Positions 9,127 through 19,057 of a stretch of 64,000 nucleotides of DNA are shown here, one piece after another (position 1 is the stretch's first letter; every line of letters starts with the position of its first letter). Both the position numbers and the translations under genes were made by a program. This stretch comes from an uncultured Coriobacteriia bacterium (GTDB taxonomy: Bacteria; Actinomycetota; Coriobacteriia; Anaerosomatales; PALSA-660): NCBI GenBank assembly GCA_963695385.1, contig OY968780.1, positions 163,645 through 227,644 of the forward strand, written 5' to 3'. The notes below the pieces were generated by a model. The model did not search any database and had not been told where the DNA came from. It saw only the letters and a list, made by a program, of their open reading frames with translations.

Positions 9127-10456
9127 ATGCTGATGCGTCGCATCGAGCTGGCACAGGGGAAGGTCCTGACAGACGACATGCTCGCCCGCGGGGGCGGGCT
9201 CGACGCCGAGATACTGTCGGCCTCCGCGCGCATAGTCGAGGACGTGCGCCAGCGCGGCGACGACGCGCTGCGCGAATACACGGCGCAGTTCGACAAGGCC
9301 GAGCTGACCGACCTCCGGGTGACAAGCGTCGAGATCGAGGCCGCAGTGGCCAGCGTCCCCGACGACTTCAAGGACGCCATCTCCGCGGCGGCTGCGGCCA
9401 TCGAGACCTTCCACGAGCGGCAGGTCCCGCAGTCATGGTTCACAGCCGGCGAGGACGGCATCTTCCTGGGTCAGAAGGTCACGCCGCTGGCGCCGGGTAG
9501 GCATCTACGTTCCGGGCGGGCGCGCATCCTACCCGTCCTCGGTACTCATGACCGCCATCCCCGCCGTGGTGGCGGGTGTCGACGAGATCGCCATGGTCGT
9601 GCCGCCCGGCGCCGACGGCACCGTGAGCCCCTACGTGCTGGCCGCCGCCGCCGAGGTCGGGATCTCCGAGATCCACAAGGTCGGGGGCGCCCAGGCGATC
9701 GCCGCCCTGGCGTTCGGCACCAGGACCATACCGCGCGTCGACAAGATCGTCGGCCCCGGAAACGCCTACGTCACCGCTGCGAAGAAGCTGGTCATGGGCG
9801 ACGTCGGCATCGACATGCTCGCCGGCCCCAGCGAGATACTCATCCTGGCCGATGAGACCGCCGAGCCGGCGTTCGTGGCCATCGATCTCATGGCGCAGGC
9901 GGAACACGACCCGCGCGCCGCCACGTACCTCGTGACCGACGACCCGACGCTGCCCGACGAGGTGGAGGAGGCGCTCGAGCTGCTTCTCGAGGACGCACCC
10001 CGCGCCGAGGTCATCCGTCGCTCGCTCACGGACAACGGTCGCATCATCATCGTGACGGACACGGCCTCGGCCATTGACGTCGCCAACGCCATCGCTCCGG
10101 AGCACCTAGAGGTGATGATGGCCGAGCCGTTCGAGCTGCTCGGCGCCATACGCAACGCCGGCGCGATCTTCCTCGGGCCATGGACGCCCGAGAGCGTGGG
10201 CGACTACGTCGCCGGGCCCAACCACGTCCTTCCCACCGGCGGAACGGCGCGCTTCTCAGGCCCGTTGTCCGTCGAGGATTTCGTCAAGCGCTCCTCGGTC
10301 CTCTCGTACTCACGCGAGGCACTGGAAGCGGACGCGGCCAATGTGATCGCCATCGCGACGGCGGAGGGCCTGGACGCCCACGCCGACGCGGTCTCGCTTC
10401 GGCTCGAACTGGCAGCCGAGGAAGGCGAAGAGGACGAAGAGGTGACAGGGCGATGA
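9127..10456 (+). pseudogene. hisD: histidinol dehydrogenase interrupted by an apparent 1-nt insertion near 9491-9496 (pseudogene or assembly indel)
   Basis: The N-terminal part is in the frame of ORF 9127..9855 (…GQKVTPLA). The conserved RVGIYVPGGRASYPSSVLMTAIPAVVAGV and the remainder (ORF 9548..10456) are in the +1 frame. The switch lies at CTGGCGCCGGGTAGG. Confidence 0.75.
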
Positions 10457-11598
10457 GGAGCCTTCGACCGGCCCGTCCCGGCCTGGATGAGGTCGCGGCC
10501 TACCAGGCCACGGAGCCGCACGCCAGGATCAACCTGTCCGCCAACGAGAATCCGCAGAACCTTCCCCACGAGGTGGTCGAGAAGATTGCGGACCTGCTGC
10601 CGGAGTTCTCGTTCAACCGGTACCCAGACCCGATGGCCAGCGTCGTCCGCGAGCTCATCGCCGAGGCCAACGGGCTGGATCCGGGCAACGTCCTTGTGGG
10701 CAACGGCGGTGACGAACTCATCTTCGATCTGCTGCTGGCCTGGGGAGGCCCGGGCCGCAAGCTGCTCAACATGCCGCCGACGTTCTCCATGTACGAGATC
10801 GATGCGCAGGTCACCGGGACCGAGGTCGTCGATGTCCCGCGGCTGGCGGACTTCACGGCGGACGAGGCCGCGGTGCTGGAGCGGCTCGCCCCCGGAGACA
10901 TCGACTGCGTGTTCGTGTCCAACCCCAACAACCCGACCGGGAACCTGCTTCCCGAGACCCTGTTGATCGACATCCTGAAAAGCACCGACTCGCTCGTCCT
11001 GGTGGACGAGGCCTACTTCGAGTTCTCGCGCCACACCATGAGACCCCACATGCAGCGCCACCCGAACCTGGTCATCCTGCGGACGTTCTCGAAGGCGTTC
11101 TCACTCTCGGGCCTGCGGGTCGGCTACCTGCTGGCCAACGAGGACGTCATTGACGTGCTCACGAAGGTCCGACAGCCGTACTCGGTCAACTCGTTCAGCC
11201 AGTGGATCGCGGCGATGGTGTTCCGGGAGCGGGTCGTGTTCGAAGCGCAGATAAGCGAGCTCATCCGCGAGCGCGACGTCGTCTTGCACGGGCTCGAGCA
11301 GATCGAGGGCGTCGAGGTGTTCCCCTCGGAGGCCAACTTCGTGATGTTCCGTACGGAGTACGCCTCGGCGGTGTGGCGCGACCTGTTGCACGGCTATGAC
11401 ATCCTGATACGAGACCTTTCCGGCGCCGAGTACCTGCAGGACTGCCTCAGGATCGGAGTCGGAACGGCCGCGGAGAACGAGGCGTTCCTGAAAGCGATGA
11501 ACGAGATCATGGACGCCCGGAAGGCGTCCGGGATCCTGGGGGTCACGAACGGCGGATCGATGTGCGCCGATCCATTGGCCGGGCAGGCAAGCGAGTAG
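10453..11598 (+). CDS. hisC: histidinol-phosphate aminotransferase
   Basis: ATG 10453 overlaps the hisD stop (ATGA). PLP aminotransferase class II motifs are present (NPNNPTG, FSKAFSLSGLRVGY). Confidence 0.85.
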   Translation: MRSLRPARPGLDEVAAYQATEPHARINLSANENPQNLPHEVVEKIADLLPEFSFNRYPDPMASVVRELIAEANGLDPGNVLVGNGGDELIFDLLLAWGGPGRKLLNMPPTFSMYEIDAQVTGTEVVDVPRLADFTADEAAVLERLAPGDIDCVFVSNPNNPTGNLLPETLLIDILKSTDSLVLVDEAYFEFSRHTMRPHMQRHPNLVILRTFSKAFSLSGLRVGYLLANEDVIDVLTKVRQPYSVNSFSQWIAAMVFRERVVFEAQISELIRERDVVLHGLEQIEGVEVFPSEANFVMFRTEYASAVWRDLLHGYDILIRDLSGAEYLQDCLRIGVGTAAENEAFLKAMNEIMDARKASGILGVTNGGSMCADPLAGQASE

Positions 11599-11614
11599 GG
11601 AGGGTTTGCAGACG

Positions 11615-12202
11615 ATGGGCCGACAAGCCGTGATCGAGCGCAAGACGAAGGAGACGTCGATCGTCGTGGAGCTGGGGCTCGACGGGACCGGCGTCACACG
11701 CGTCTCCACCGGCGTGCCTTTCTTCGACCACATGCTGGAGGCGCTCGGGAGGCACTCGCTGACCGACCTCGCGGTGGACGCCAAGGGCGACCTCGAGGTC
11801 GACGCGCACCACACCGTAGAGGACGTCGGCATCTGCATCGGAAGCGCGCTCGCCCAGGCGCTCGGTGACCGGGCCGGCATCCGTCGCTTCGGCTCGGCGG
11901 CGGTGCCCATGGACGAGGCGCTGGTGCTCGCCGCCGTGGATGTTTCCGGCCGGGGCTCGCTCACGTACGAGGTGGACATGCCGATCGAGTTGATCGGCAC
12001 GTTCGACACGACGCTGGCCAAGGAGTTCTTCGTGGCGCTCGCGGCCAACGCGGGCCTTACCCTGCACGTGCACGAGGTGGCCGGCGAGAACGCACACCAC
12101 ATCGTGGAGGCGGCGTTCAAGGCGGTGGCGCGGGCTCTTCGGGAGGCGCTGGAGATCGACCCGCGTGTCGTCGGCGTGCCCTCGACAAAAGGCGTTCTGT
12201 GA
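11615..12202 (+). CDS. hisB: imidazoleglycerol-phosphate dehydratase
   Basis: MGRQAVIERKTKETSIVVELGLDG... with the characteristic HH motifs. An RBS GGGAGGG sits upstream. The TTG at 11606 (ORF-track start) is too close to the RBS. Confidence 0.85.
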   Translation: MGRQAVIERKTKETSIVVELGLDGTGVTRVSTGVPFFDHMLEALGRHSLTDLAVDAKGDLEVDAHHTVEDVGICIGSALAQALGDRAGIRRFGSAAVPMDEALVLAAVDVSGRGSLTYEVDMPIELIGTFDTTLAKEFFVALAANAGLTLHVHEVAGENAHHIVEAAFKAVARALREALEIDPRVVGVPSTKGVL

Positions 12203-12816
12203 TAGCGATCATCGACTACAAGATGGGCAATCTGAGAAGCGTGGAGAAGGGCTTCGAGGCCGCGGGCGTGTCGGACGTCCAGGTGACGGACGACCCGGCC
12301 GTGGTCGCGTCGGCCGACGGCGTGGTCCTGCCGGGCGTCGGTGCCTTCCGCGACGCCGCGGCCAACCTCGCCGCATCGGGCATGCGCTCGACCGTGATGG
12401 AGACGATCTCGGCGGGGACGCCGTTCCTCGGTATCTGCCTTGGCCTGCAGCTGCTCGCCGCCGTCGGGCTCGAGGACGGGGAGCACGAGGGCCTGGGCGT
12501 TGTGGGAGGCACCTGCGAGAGGCTGCCTGACGGGGTCAAGATCCCGCACATCGGCTGGAACACCGTGGAGTTCGCGCGGGACAGCCCGCTCTTCGACGGC
12601 ATCGACGACGGTAGCGCCTTCTACTTCGTGCACTCGTTCCGGTTGGTGCCGGCCGACGAATCCTGCGTCATCGGCACCACGGACTACGGGGTGCGCTTCG
12701 TCAGCGCGGTGCAGACCGGCTCCGTCTACGCGGTGCAGTTCCACCCGGAGAAGTCGTCAGATACGGGGCTGCGGCTTCTGCGCAACTTCGGCACGATCGT
12801 AGAAGGGATGGCATAG
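12199..12816 (+). CDS. hisH: imidazole glycerol phosphate synthase, glutamine amidotransferase subunit
   Basis: MIAIIDYKMGNLRSV ... GICLGLQLL ... FHPEKS. Class I GATase triad. The start overlaps the hisB stop. Confidence 0.9.
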   Translation: MIAIIDYKMGNLRSVEKGFEAAGVSDVQVTDDPAVVASADGVVLPGVGAFRDAAANLAASGMRSTVMETISAGTPFLGICLGLQLLAAVGLEDGEHEGLGVVGGTCERLPDGVKIPHIGWNTVEFARDSPLFDGIDDGSAFYFVHSFRLVPADESCVIGTTDYGVRFVSAVQTGSVYAVQFHPEKSSDTGLRLLRNFGTIVEGMA

Positions 12817-12823
12817 CAAAACG

Positions 12824-13552
12824 ATGATCATCTTTCCCGCCATCGACATCCTGGAAGGCAAGGTCGTGCGCCTGCGTCAGGGCGACTACGACGATGTCAC
12901 CGTCTACAACGAGGACCCGGTCGACCAGGCGAAGCGATGGGAGGCCGCGGGCGCCGAGTGGATCCACGTGGTCGATCTCGACGGGGCGGCCACCGGAGAG
13001 CCGAAGAACCTGGAGCACGTGCGAAACATCGCGGCCGCTGTCGGTATTCCGATCCAGGTCGGCGGAGGCATCCGTTCGATGGAGACGCTGCGGCTCCTCC
13101 ATGAGGCGGGCGTGAAGCGCACCGTGCTGGGCACGTCGCTGGTCACCCAGCGCGCCTTCGTCGCGCGCGCGTGCAACAAGTACGACGGCATCGTCGCCGG
13201 CATCGACGTGCGCGGCGGCAAGATCGCAGTGGACGGATGGCGCCATGGCGCCGGCAACAACGTTCTCGATCTCATCCACGACCTGCAGCTGTTCGGCATC
13301 GGGTACGTGGTCTACACGGACATCGCCCGCGACGGCATGCAACATGGCGTCAATGCCGGGACATACCGCGATCTCTCGGAGCAGACGACCATGCGCGTCA
13401 TCGCCTCCGGAGGCGTGGGCTCGCTGGACGACATCGCACGCCTCTACGCCGTGAAGCCGGCGCTCGAGGGCGTCATCGTCGGCAAGGCGCTCTACGAGAA
13501 CACGTTCACTCTCGAGGCCGCGATCGCGGCCGGCCGCGGCGAGAAGGCGTGA
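12824..13552 (+). CDS. hisA: 1-(5-phosphoribosyl)-5-[(5-phosphoribosylamino)methylideneamino]imidazole-4-carboxamide isomerase
   Basis: [22 protein letters not shown]... (beta/alpha)8 HisA/PriA family. A separate trpF exists in this window, so HisA is preferred over a bifunctional PriA. Confidence 0.85.
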   Translation: MIIFPAIDILEGKVVRLRQGDYDDVTVYNEDPVDQAKRWEAAGAEWIHVVDLDGAATGEPKNLEHVRNIAAAVGIPIQVGGGIRSMETLRLLHEAGVKRTVLGTSLVTQRAFVARACNKYDGIVAGIDVRGGKIAVDGWRHGAGNNVLDLIHDLQLFGIGYVVYTDIARDGMQHGVNAGTYRDLSEQTTMRVIASGGVGSLDDIARLYAVKPALEGVIVGKALYENTFTLEAAIAAGRGEKA

Positions 13553-13559
13553 CCGGCCG

Positions 13560-14324
13560 GTGCTGATGAAGCGCGTCATCCCGTGTCTGGACGTCCACGA
13601 AGGACGAGTGGTCAAGGGCGTCAAGTTCGTCGAACTCAGGGACGCGGGCGACCCCGTCGAGCTCGCTCACGCCTACGACAAGGCCGGCGCAGACGAACTC
13701 GTCTTCCTCGACATCACCGCCTCGCATGAGGAGCGCCCGGTGATGCTCGATGTGGCGCGCCGCACGGCCGAGCAGGTCTTCATCCCGTACACGGTCGGCG
13801 GCGGCATGCGATCGGCGGCCGACATACGGGCCATGCTCCAGGCGGGGTGCGACAAGGTCTCACTCAACTCGGCTGCGGTTCGCGATCCCGCGCTGATCAC
13901 GCACACCGCGGGGATCTACGGCTCGCAGTGCATCGTGGTCGCGATCGACGCGCGCAAGGTCGCCGGGGGCCGCGAACGCTGGGAGGTCTTCATCAACGGA
14001 GGCCGCATCAACACCGCCCTCGATGCCGTGGCTTGGGCGATCGAGGCAGAACGCCTCGGTGCCGGTGAGATCCTGCTGACCTCGATGGACCGCGATGGCA
14101 CCCAGGACGGCTACGACGTGCCGCTCACGAGGGCGATCACGCGCAAGCTCAACATCCCGGTGATAGCCAGCGGCGGGGCCGGGCAGCTCGAGCACTTCGC
14201 CGAGGTCGTGGTCGAGGCGGACGCCGACGCGGTGCTGGCCGCGTCGACCCTGCACTACGGAACGTTCACCGTGCGCCAGATCAAGGAATCCATGGCAGCG
14301 GCCGGGATCCCGGTCAGGCTGTAG
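13560..14324 (+). CDS. hisF: imidazole glycerol phosphate synthase, cyclase subunit
   Basis: [23 protein letters not shown]... the canonical HisF N-terminus. Confidence 0.9.
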   Translation: MLMKRVIPCLDVHEGRVVKGVKFVELRDAGDPVELAHAYDKAGADELVFLDITASHEERPVMLDVARRTAEQVFIPYTVGGGMRSAADIRAMLQAGCDKVSLNSAAVRDPALITHTAGIYGSQCIVVAIDARKVAGGRERWEVFINGGRINTALDAVAWAIEAERLGAGEILLTSMDRDGTQDGYDVPLTRAITRKLNIPVIASGGAGQLEHFAEVVVEADADAVLAASTLHYGTFTVRQIKESMAAAGIPVRL

Positions 14325-14356
14325 CGGCCGGCGACGACACACACGAAGGAGTACCG

Positions 14357-14740
14357 ATGGATCGCGAACGTGACGCGCTAGGTGTCGAAGATATGAAGTA
14401 CGACGCCGCCGGGCTGATCCCGGCGGTCGTGCAGCAGCACGACACGGGGGAGGTGCTCATGGTGGCCTACATGAACTCCGCATCGCTGGCCAAGACCATC
14501 GAGACCGGCCGCACCTGGTTCTGGAGCCGTTCGCGGCAGAAGTACTGGATGAAAGGCGAGAGTTCCGGTTCGGTGCAGGACGTCCTCGAGATCAAGTACG
14601 ACTGCGACGCCGACACGCTGCTGGTGCAGGTCGACCAGAAGGGTTCCGGCGCCTGCCATACCGGAGAGCGCACGTGCTTCTATCGCACTCTGTATCCGGC
14701 GGCGGCGTCCGGGGAAGTCCAGAACGGCGAGTTCTCGTGA
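14357..14740 (+). CDS. hisI: phosphoribosyl-AMP cyclohydrolase
   Basis: [22 protein letters not shown] ... C[10 protein letters not shown] metal-binding motif. Confidence 0.85.
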   Translation: MDRERDALGVEDMKYDAAGLIPAVVQQHDTGEVLMVAYMNSASLAKTIETGRTWFWSRSRQKYWMKGESSGSVQDVLEIKYDCDADTLLVQVDQKGSGACHTGERTCFYRTLYPAAASGEVQNGEFS

Positions 14741-15072
14741 GCGGGGCCTCGGAGCCCACGCCCGGAGCCCCGGCGGACGGCACTGCCGATCTTGGCACGG
14801 TCCTCTCGGATCTTCACGCCGTCCTGGAGCAGCGCAGGCGCGACCTTCCCGAAGGCAGCTACACCGCCAAGCTGCTCTCCGGTCCCCAGGACAAGCTTCT
14901 CAAGAAGATCGCGGAGGAGTCCGGAGAGGTCATCATCGCCGCGCGCGACGGGGATGTTCACCACCTTCGGTACGAGGTCGCCGACCTGCTCTACCATATC
15001 CTCGTAGTCATGGTTCGAGAGGGAGTGACCCCGGGCGACCTCGCCGCGGAACTGCGCTCTCGGATGAAGTAG
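14737..15072 (+). CDS. hisE: phosphoribosyl-ATP pyrophosphatase
   Basis: GTG 14737 overlaps the hisI stop (GTGA). [18 protein letters not shown] ... [11 protein letters not shown] is the MazG-like HisE signature. Confidence 0.8.
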   Translation: MSGASEPTPGAPADGTADLGTVLSDLHAVLEQRRRDLPEGSYTAKLLSGPQDKLLKKIAEESGEVIIAARDGDVHHLRYEVADLLYHILVVMVREGVTPGDLAAELRSRMK

Positions 15073-15089
15073 AGAGAGGAGGCGCTGAC

Positions 15090-16232
15090 GTGCCGTGCGA
15101 TCTGCCCTTGGGAGTCCGACGCGAGCGGATCGAGCCGCTGTGGGATCGGGTCGAGCGCAATCGGGTCAAGTTCGTGGCGTTCATCGTCGCGTATCTCGCA
15201 TCGATCGCCCTCTCGGTCGCGGCCGTCGTGGGTCTGGGGTCAGCGCTGCTCGGGCTCCTTCTCGTGCGCGCTCCGCAGGTCGCCTATGCGTACTACGTGC
15301 ACGTGTGGCAGCTGATGGGCGCCACATCGGCGCTCGCCATCGTGCTCGGCGCCGTCTGGGTGGGAGTGGCGCTCGGGCGCTCCGAGAAGCACACACTGGG
15401 CCGCCTGGGCGCGGTGCTGACGCGCACCGGCACCTACATCCCGTCCAAGCAAGCCCTCAAGGACATGGCATTGGCCGCGGGGTTCGCTCACGCGCCTCCT
15501 CTGTGGATCATCCCGGGATGTGACAGGGTCAACGCGTTCGCGGTGGGCCGGAACCGCAAGAGAGCGATCATCGGCATCACCGAGGGCTTCGCTGATCGGC
15601 TGACGCCCGACGACCAGCGCGCGGTGTTCGCGAACCTCATGGCGCGCGTGTGCAACGAGGACGTCCGCTGGGCGACGGCGGTCTCCGTGCTGGTCGGACC
15701 GCTTTGGGCGCAGAGGGAGAGGGACCTCCGGAGGGGCGACAACGACAAGCTGTTCTCCCCCGGAGAAGACGCCGCGAAGCCCGAGACGGGCGCCTCCGCG
15801 TTCGGGCACGGAGGCGACGCGTCGGCGGTGGTCCTCGCCTTCATCCTCTACGGGTTCGTGATCGTGGTCTCGGAACTGCTGCTCGCAGGCCACCAGAGAT
15901 CCGCCATGTTGACCGCCGAGAAGGCGGACGCCGAGGGCATGATGCTGCTCAAGGACCCGCGCGAGATGCTGCGGGCGCTCGATGTGGTGCTGGAGGCCAA
16001 CAACACGGTTCCGACCGCCGGCGAGACCTACTCGGCGCTGTTCTACTGCTGGGCCGGCTTCGGCTTCGCCTCGGAAGACGACCCCGAGTTCCGGCGCCTC
16101 GCCCGGCTTCGCGAGGTGCTGGGAGCGGAGGGAATGACCATTCAGCCTCAGTACACGATCCCGGCGAACGCCCGGGACATGCTCGCGCCCGTGGCGCCGA
16201 GGGTCGAGCCAAGCGGGGAGGACCCGAACTGA
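15090..16232 (+). CDS. M48/HtpX-like integral membrane protein with degenerate active site (no HEXXH), predicted non-catalytic
   Basis: It has N-terminal TM helices. It conserves NAFAVG...AIIGITEGF and the distal SELLLAGHQRSAMLTAEKADAEG, which is like the E..AD motif of M48. Where LAHELGH is expected, it reads RAVFANLMARV. Confidence 0.55.
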   Translation: MPCDLPLGVRRERIEPLWDRVERNRVKFVAFIVAYLASIALSVAAVVGLGSALLGLLLVRAPQVAYAYYVHVWQLMGATSALAIVLGAVWVGVALGRSEKHTLGRLGAVLTRTGTYIPSKQALKDMALAAGFAHAPPLWIIPGCDRVNAFAVGRNRKRAIIGITEGFADRLTPDDQRAVFANLMARVCNEDVRWATAVSVLVGPLWAQRERDLRRGDNDKLFSPGEDAAKPETGASAFGHGGDASAVVLAFILYGFVIVVSELLLAGHQRSAMLTAEKADAEGMMLLKDPREMLRALDVVLEANNTVPTAGETYSALFYCWAGFGFASEDDPEFRRLARLREVLGAEGMTIQPQYTIPANARDMLAPVAPRVEPSGEDPN

Positions 16233-17047
16233 GACGCGGACTCCTCGCGGCCACGGCCGTCGCGCTCCTCCTTGCGGCCTGCGCTCCCGCGAGGTTGCAG
16301 GCGGCTCGGCCGTTGCGAGCGACGCTGGTCGGGGCCGCGGCGGGATCGAGCCGCGTGGCGTCGGCCGCGGTCGCCGCCGCCTACCTCAGTGCCGCCTCGC
16401 CACCCACGCCCGTGCGGCCGAGGGTGGTGGACCACGGCTCGCGCTCCGCGTCCAGGACCGTGGCGCTGACCTTCGATCTGTGCGCGACGAAGGACGATCC
16501 AGAGACGCTCGAGACCCGGATCGTGTCCACCCTGCGGGCGAAGGAGGCATCCGCCACGTTCATGATGGGCGGGCTGTGGGCGCGCGCTCATCCTGCGTGG
16601 GCCGCGTCGCTCGGCGCCGAGCCCCGTTTCGAGATCGGCAATCACTCGATGACTCATCCGCACCTGACGGGACTGACCGACGCGCGGGTGGCCCGGGAGA
16701 TCATTCACGCGCAGCGCGCAGTGGGCCGCGCGACCGGCCGCCGGGCGCTGGTGTTCCGCTTCCCGTTCGATGAGTACGACCGCCGTACCATCGGCATCCT
16801 GGGCGCCTGCGGTCTCGTCGGCATAGCCGAGGATCTGCGAACCGGCGATCCGGACCCCAACATCTCGGCGGACCGGCTGGTCGAGTACGTGGTGGGCGAG
16901 GCTCGTCCCGGCTCCATCGTGCTCATGCACGCCAACGGCAACGGCGTCCACACGGCCGAGGCGCTGCCGGCCATGATCGACGGCCTGCGGGCCGGGGGAC
17001 TTCGCCTGGTCACCCTGTCGGAGATGCTCGGGCTGCCGGCGCGATAG
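16229..17047 (+). CDS. polysaccharide deacetylase (CE4/NodB-domain) lipoprotein
   Basis: A lipobox-type signal peptide (LLAATAVALLLAAC) and a NodB motif (TFDLCATKDD, NHSMTHP) are present. The start is uncertain: the only in-frame start near the signal peptide is CTG 16229. The next canonical start (GTG near 16421) would delete the signal peptide. Confidence 0.6.
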   Translation: MRRGLLAATAVALLLAACAPARLQAARPLRATLVGAAAGSSRVASAAVAAAYLSAASPPTPVRPRVVDHGSRSASRTVALTFDLCATKDDPETLETRIVSTLRAKEASATFMMGGLWARAHPAWAASLGAEPRFEIGNHSMTHPHLTGLTDARVAREIIHAQRAVGRATGRRALVFRFPFDEYDRRTIGILGACGLVGIAEDLRTGDPDPNISADRLVEYVVGEARPGSIVLMHANGNGVHTAEALPAMIDGLRAGGLRLVTLSEMLGLPAR

Positions 17048-17102
17048 GGTCGTGGCGTCGGGTAGGGTCGGAACGGTCCTTCGGTCCGGACAAGGACAGA
17101 AG

Positions 17103-17127
17103 GAAGGGGGCCCTGGCGGGCCCCCTT
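17103..17127. terminator. bidirectional stem-loop GAAGGGGGCCC-TGGC-GGGCCCCCTTC between convergent genes
   Basis: Perfect 11-bp GC-rich stem. It lies between the deacetylase stop (17047) and the FG-GAP gene stop (17161). No U-tract, as is typical for high-GC genomes. Confidence 0.45.
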
Positions 17128-17160
17128 CGTGTGCGTCGGGTGCGGGTCGACCCCCGTGTG

Positions 17161-18792
17161 CTACGGGATATTGCTGGAACCGCTCGAGAAGTAGCTCATC
17201 GTGTTCTTGGCGGTGATGGTGGAGCCGCTCATCTCGAAGACCTTCCACAGCGTGCCCGGGTGGTTCGGGACGTTGTAGGTGGCTATGAGTGAGGCGCCCT
17301 GATACACGCGCACCCGCGCTCTCGAGTCTGCGAGCGCGGTGGAGCTCGTGAGTGACCCATTGGTGAAGTCGTAGACCGAGTACCTGTACACACCGCCGCT
17401 CGTCCTGGACAGCGTGATCGTCTCGGGACCGAAGCCATCCCTGTCGTCGACGTCGAGCACGGCCACTGTCGTGTCCCCGCTCTGGTACACCTTCGAGCTG
17501 TAGTAAACGTGGAACCTGGTAGTTCCCGAGATGGGCCCGGTCAGGTGCGAGTCGACGTCCCGAGGCGCGTCGCCCCAGTCGAGGATGATGCGGATGCCGG
17601 TGCCCGTCAGCACCGGCGTGATGCTCCCGTTCTGGTTGGCACTATCCTGACCGCCGACGCTGATGATGTTGAAGAACGCGGTCGTGAACCCTGAGCCGCT
17701 GACCTCGGCCGTGTAGTAGCCTCCCGCCAATGCGGAGAACGAGTACGCGCCACCCCCTGCGGTCAGGGTGCTCAGGCCGGTGAGCGCTCCGGTGGTGTTG
17801 TTGATGCCCGACCTCAGCCGGACCGTGAGTCCGTCGATCGGATCGCCATTGAAGGCGTTCTTGACGATCCCCGATGCGTTGCCGGGTCCGGATGCGGTCT
17901 CCGGGATCAGCCGAACGGCCTCCAGCGACGTCACGACCCCGCCCGCGCTGATGCCGTAGTAGGTGGCGGGCATGAAGCCGGTCATGGTGAAGGTCGCACT
18001 GTAGTTGGAGCCTGCCGGCGCGACCAGCGTGTAGGAGCCGTCAGGCGCGCTGGCGCTCTGCGCCAGCTGAGCGGCCGACGAGTTGAAGAGCGTGACCGTG
18101 GCACCGTCGATGGGGCCGCCGCCGCTTGCGTTGAGCACGGCTCCCTGGATCTGGACGGAGGACTTTCCCACGACCAGTATGCTCGCCCGGCCCAAGCCCT
18201 TCTCGTAAAGGATGACCGCTTCGGCCCTGTGATCGTTGTTGGGATCGCCAGCGGTCAGCCTCGCACGCGAGAAGACCAGGCCTTTACGGCCGGACCGGTA
18301 TATCTCCTTAGGGCGGGAGAGCGACGTGCCGTTCGACGTCATGACGTACACGGATCCTATGCCGCTGCCCCGGTCGTAGAGAAGGAAGAGATCCGCGCGA
18401 CCGTCGCCGTCGTAGTCGCCCGCGGCGACCTGCGTCCTGGTGAAGGCCATGGTCCCGGACCAGGCGGTCGACCTGACCATGGATGCGCCGCTGGACCTGT
18501 AGAAGTACACCGTGCTGCCGGTAGTGGTGCGCCGGTAGAAATTGATGACATCTCCGAAGCCGTCTCCGTTGACGTCGCCGGACGCGATCTTGGATCGCGA
18601 GGCGTAGGTCCCGGTTCCACTCCAGAACGTCTTCGCGACCGCCTCGTAGGCGGTCGCTCTGATTGTCGCGAGCCCCTTCATCGCCGAACTGGCGACCGAT
18701 GGCGCGGCGAACGCCGCAGCCACAACGAGCACGCCCACCAGCATCACCAGCAGGCTTCGATTCTTGGCGCGAACTGACAACAGACGCCTCAT
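17161..18792 (-). CDS. secreted FG-GAP/VCBS-repeat protein with carboxypeptidase-regulatory-like beta-sandwich domains
   Basis: Signal peptide MRRLLSVRAKNRSLLVMLVGVLVVAAAFAAP with an RBS GGGAGGGG. FG-GAP repeats GDVNGDGFGDV and GDYDGDGRADL. Repeated G.V.....G.PI.GA.V motifs. Confidence 0.7.
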   Translation of the reverse strand: MRRLLSVRAKNRSLLVMLVGVLVVAAAFAAPSVASSAMKGLATIRATAYEAVAKTFWSGTGTYASRSKIASGDVNGDGFGDVINFYRRTTTGSTVYFYRSSGASMVRSTAWSGTMAFTRTQVAAGDYDGDGRADLFLLYDRGSGIGSVYVMTSNGTSLSRPKEIYRSGRKGLVFSRARLTAGDPNNDHRAEAVILYEKGLGRASILVVGKSSVQIQGAVLNASGGGPIDGATVTLFNSSAAQLAQSASAPDGSYTLVAPAGSNYSATFTMTGFMPATYYGISAGGVVTSLEAVRLIPETASGPGNASGIVKNAFNGDPIDGLTVRLRSGINNTTGALTGLSTLTAGGGAYSFSALAGGYYTAEVSGSGFTTAFFNIISVGGQDSANQNGSITPVLTGTGIRIILDWGDAPRDVDSHLTGPISGTTRFHVYYSSKVYQSGDTTVAVLDVDDRDGFGPETITLSRTSGGVYRYSVYDFTNGSLTSSTALADSRARVRVYQGASLIATYNVPNHPGTLWKVFEMSGSTITAKNTMSYFSSGSSNIP

Positions 18793-19057
18793 GGCAACCC
18801 CTCCCAAGTACGGTTGCGGCACGACCCCGAACAACGCTCAAGCCAGCACATTCCCCGTGGAATGATGCCCTGTCGACACGTCGAAGTAAACCCGTGTCGC
18901 CCCTGTCGACCGCGCGCGTGGCGGCGCCTGCGTGCGCAATGTGCCGAGCGGCGGGCCGCGGGCGCCAGTCGATCGGCTCACCAGGTTCCGGCCTGTCCTG
19001 TCCACATGGGTATACGTCGACTAGAGCCGGCGCCGACGCGAAGGTGGTTCGAGCGAG

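Noticed and set aside
11101-12744. 547-aa minus-strand ORF antisense to hisC/hisB/hisH (and similar long antisense ORFs at 19568..21730, 21764..23038, 22912..24342, 26423..28291, 30753..33143, 43061..45169, 59876..61519, 61784..63796)
   Set aside because: All lie opposite well-supported conserved genes and have low-complexity Arg/Ala/Gly/Pro-dominated translations with no recognisable motifs. They are GC-driven shadow ORFs.
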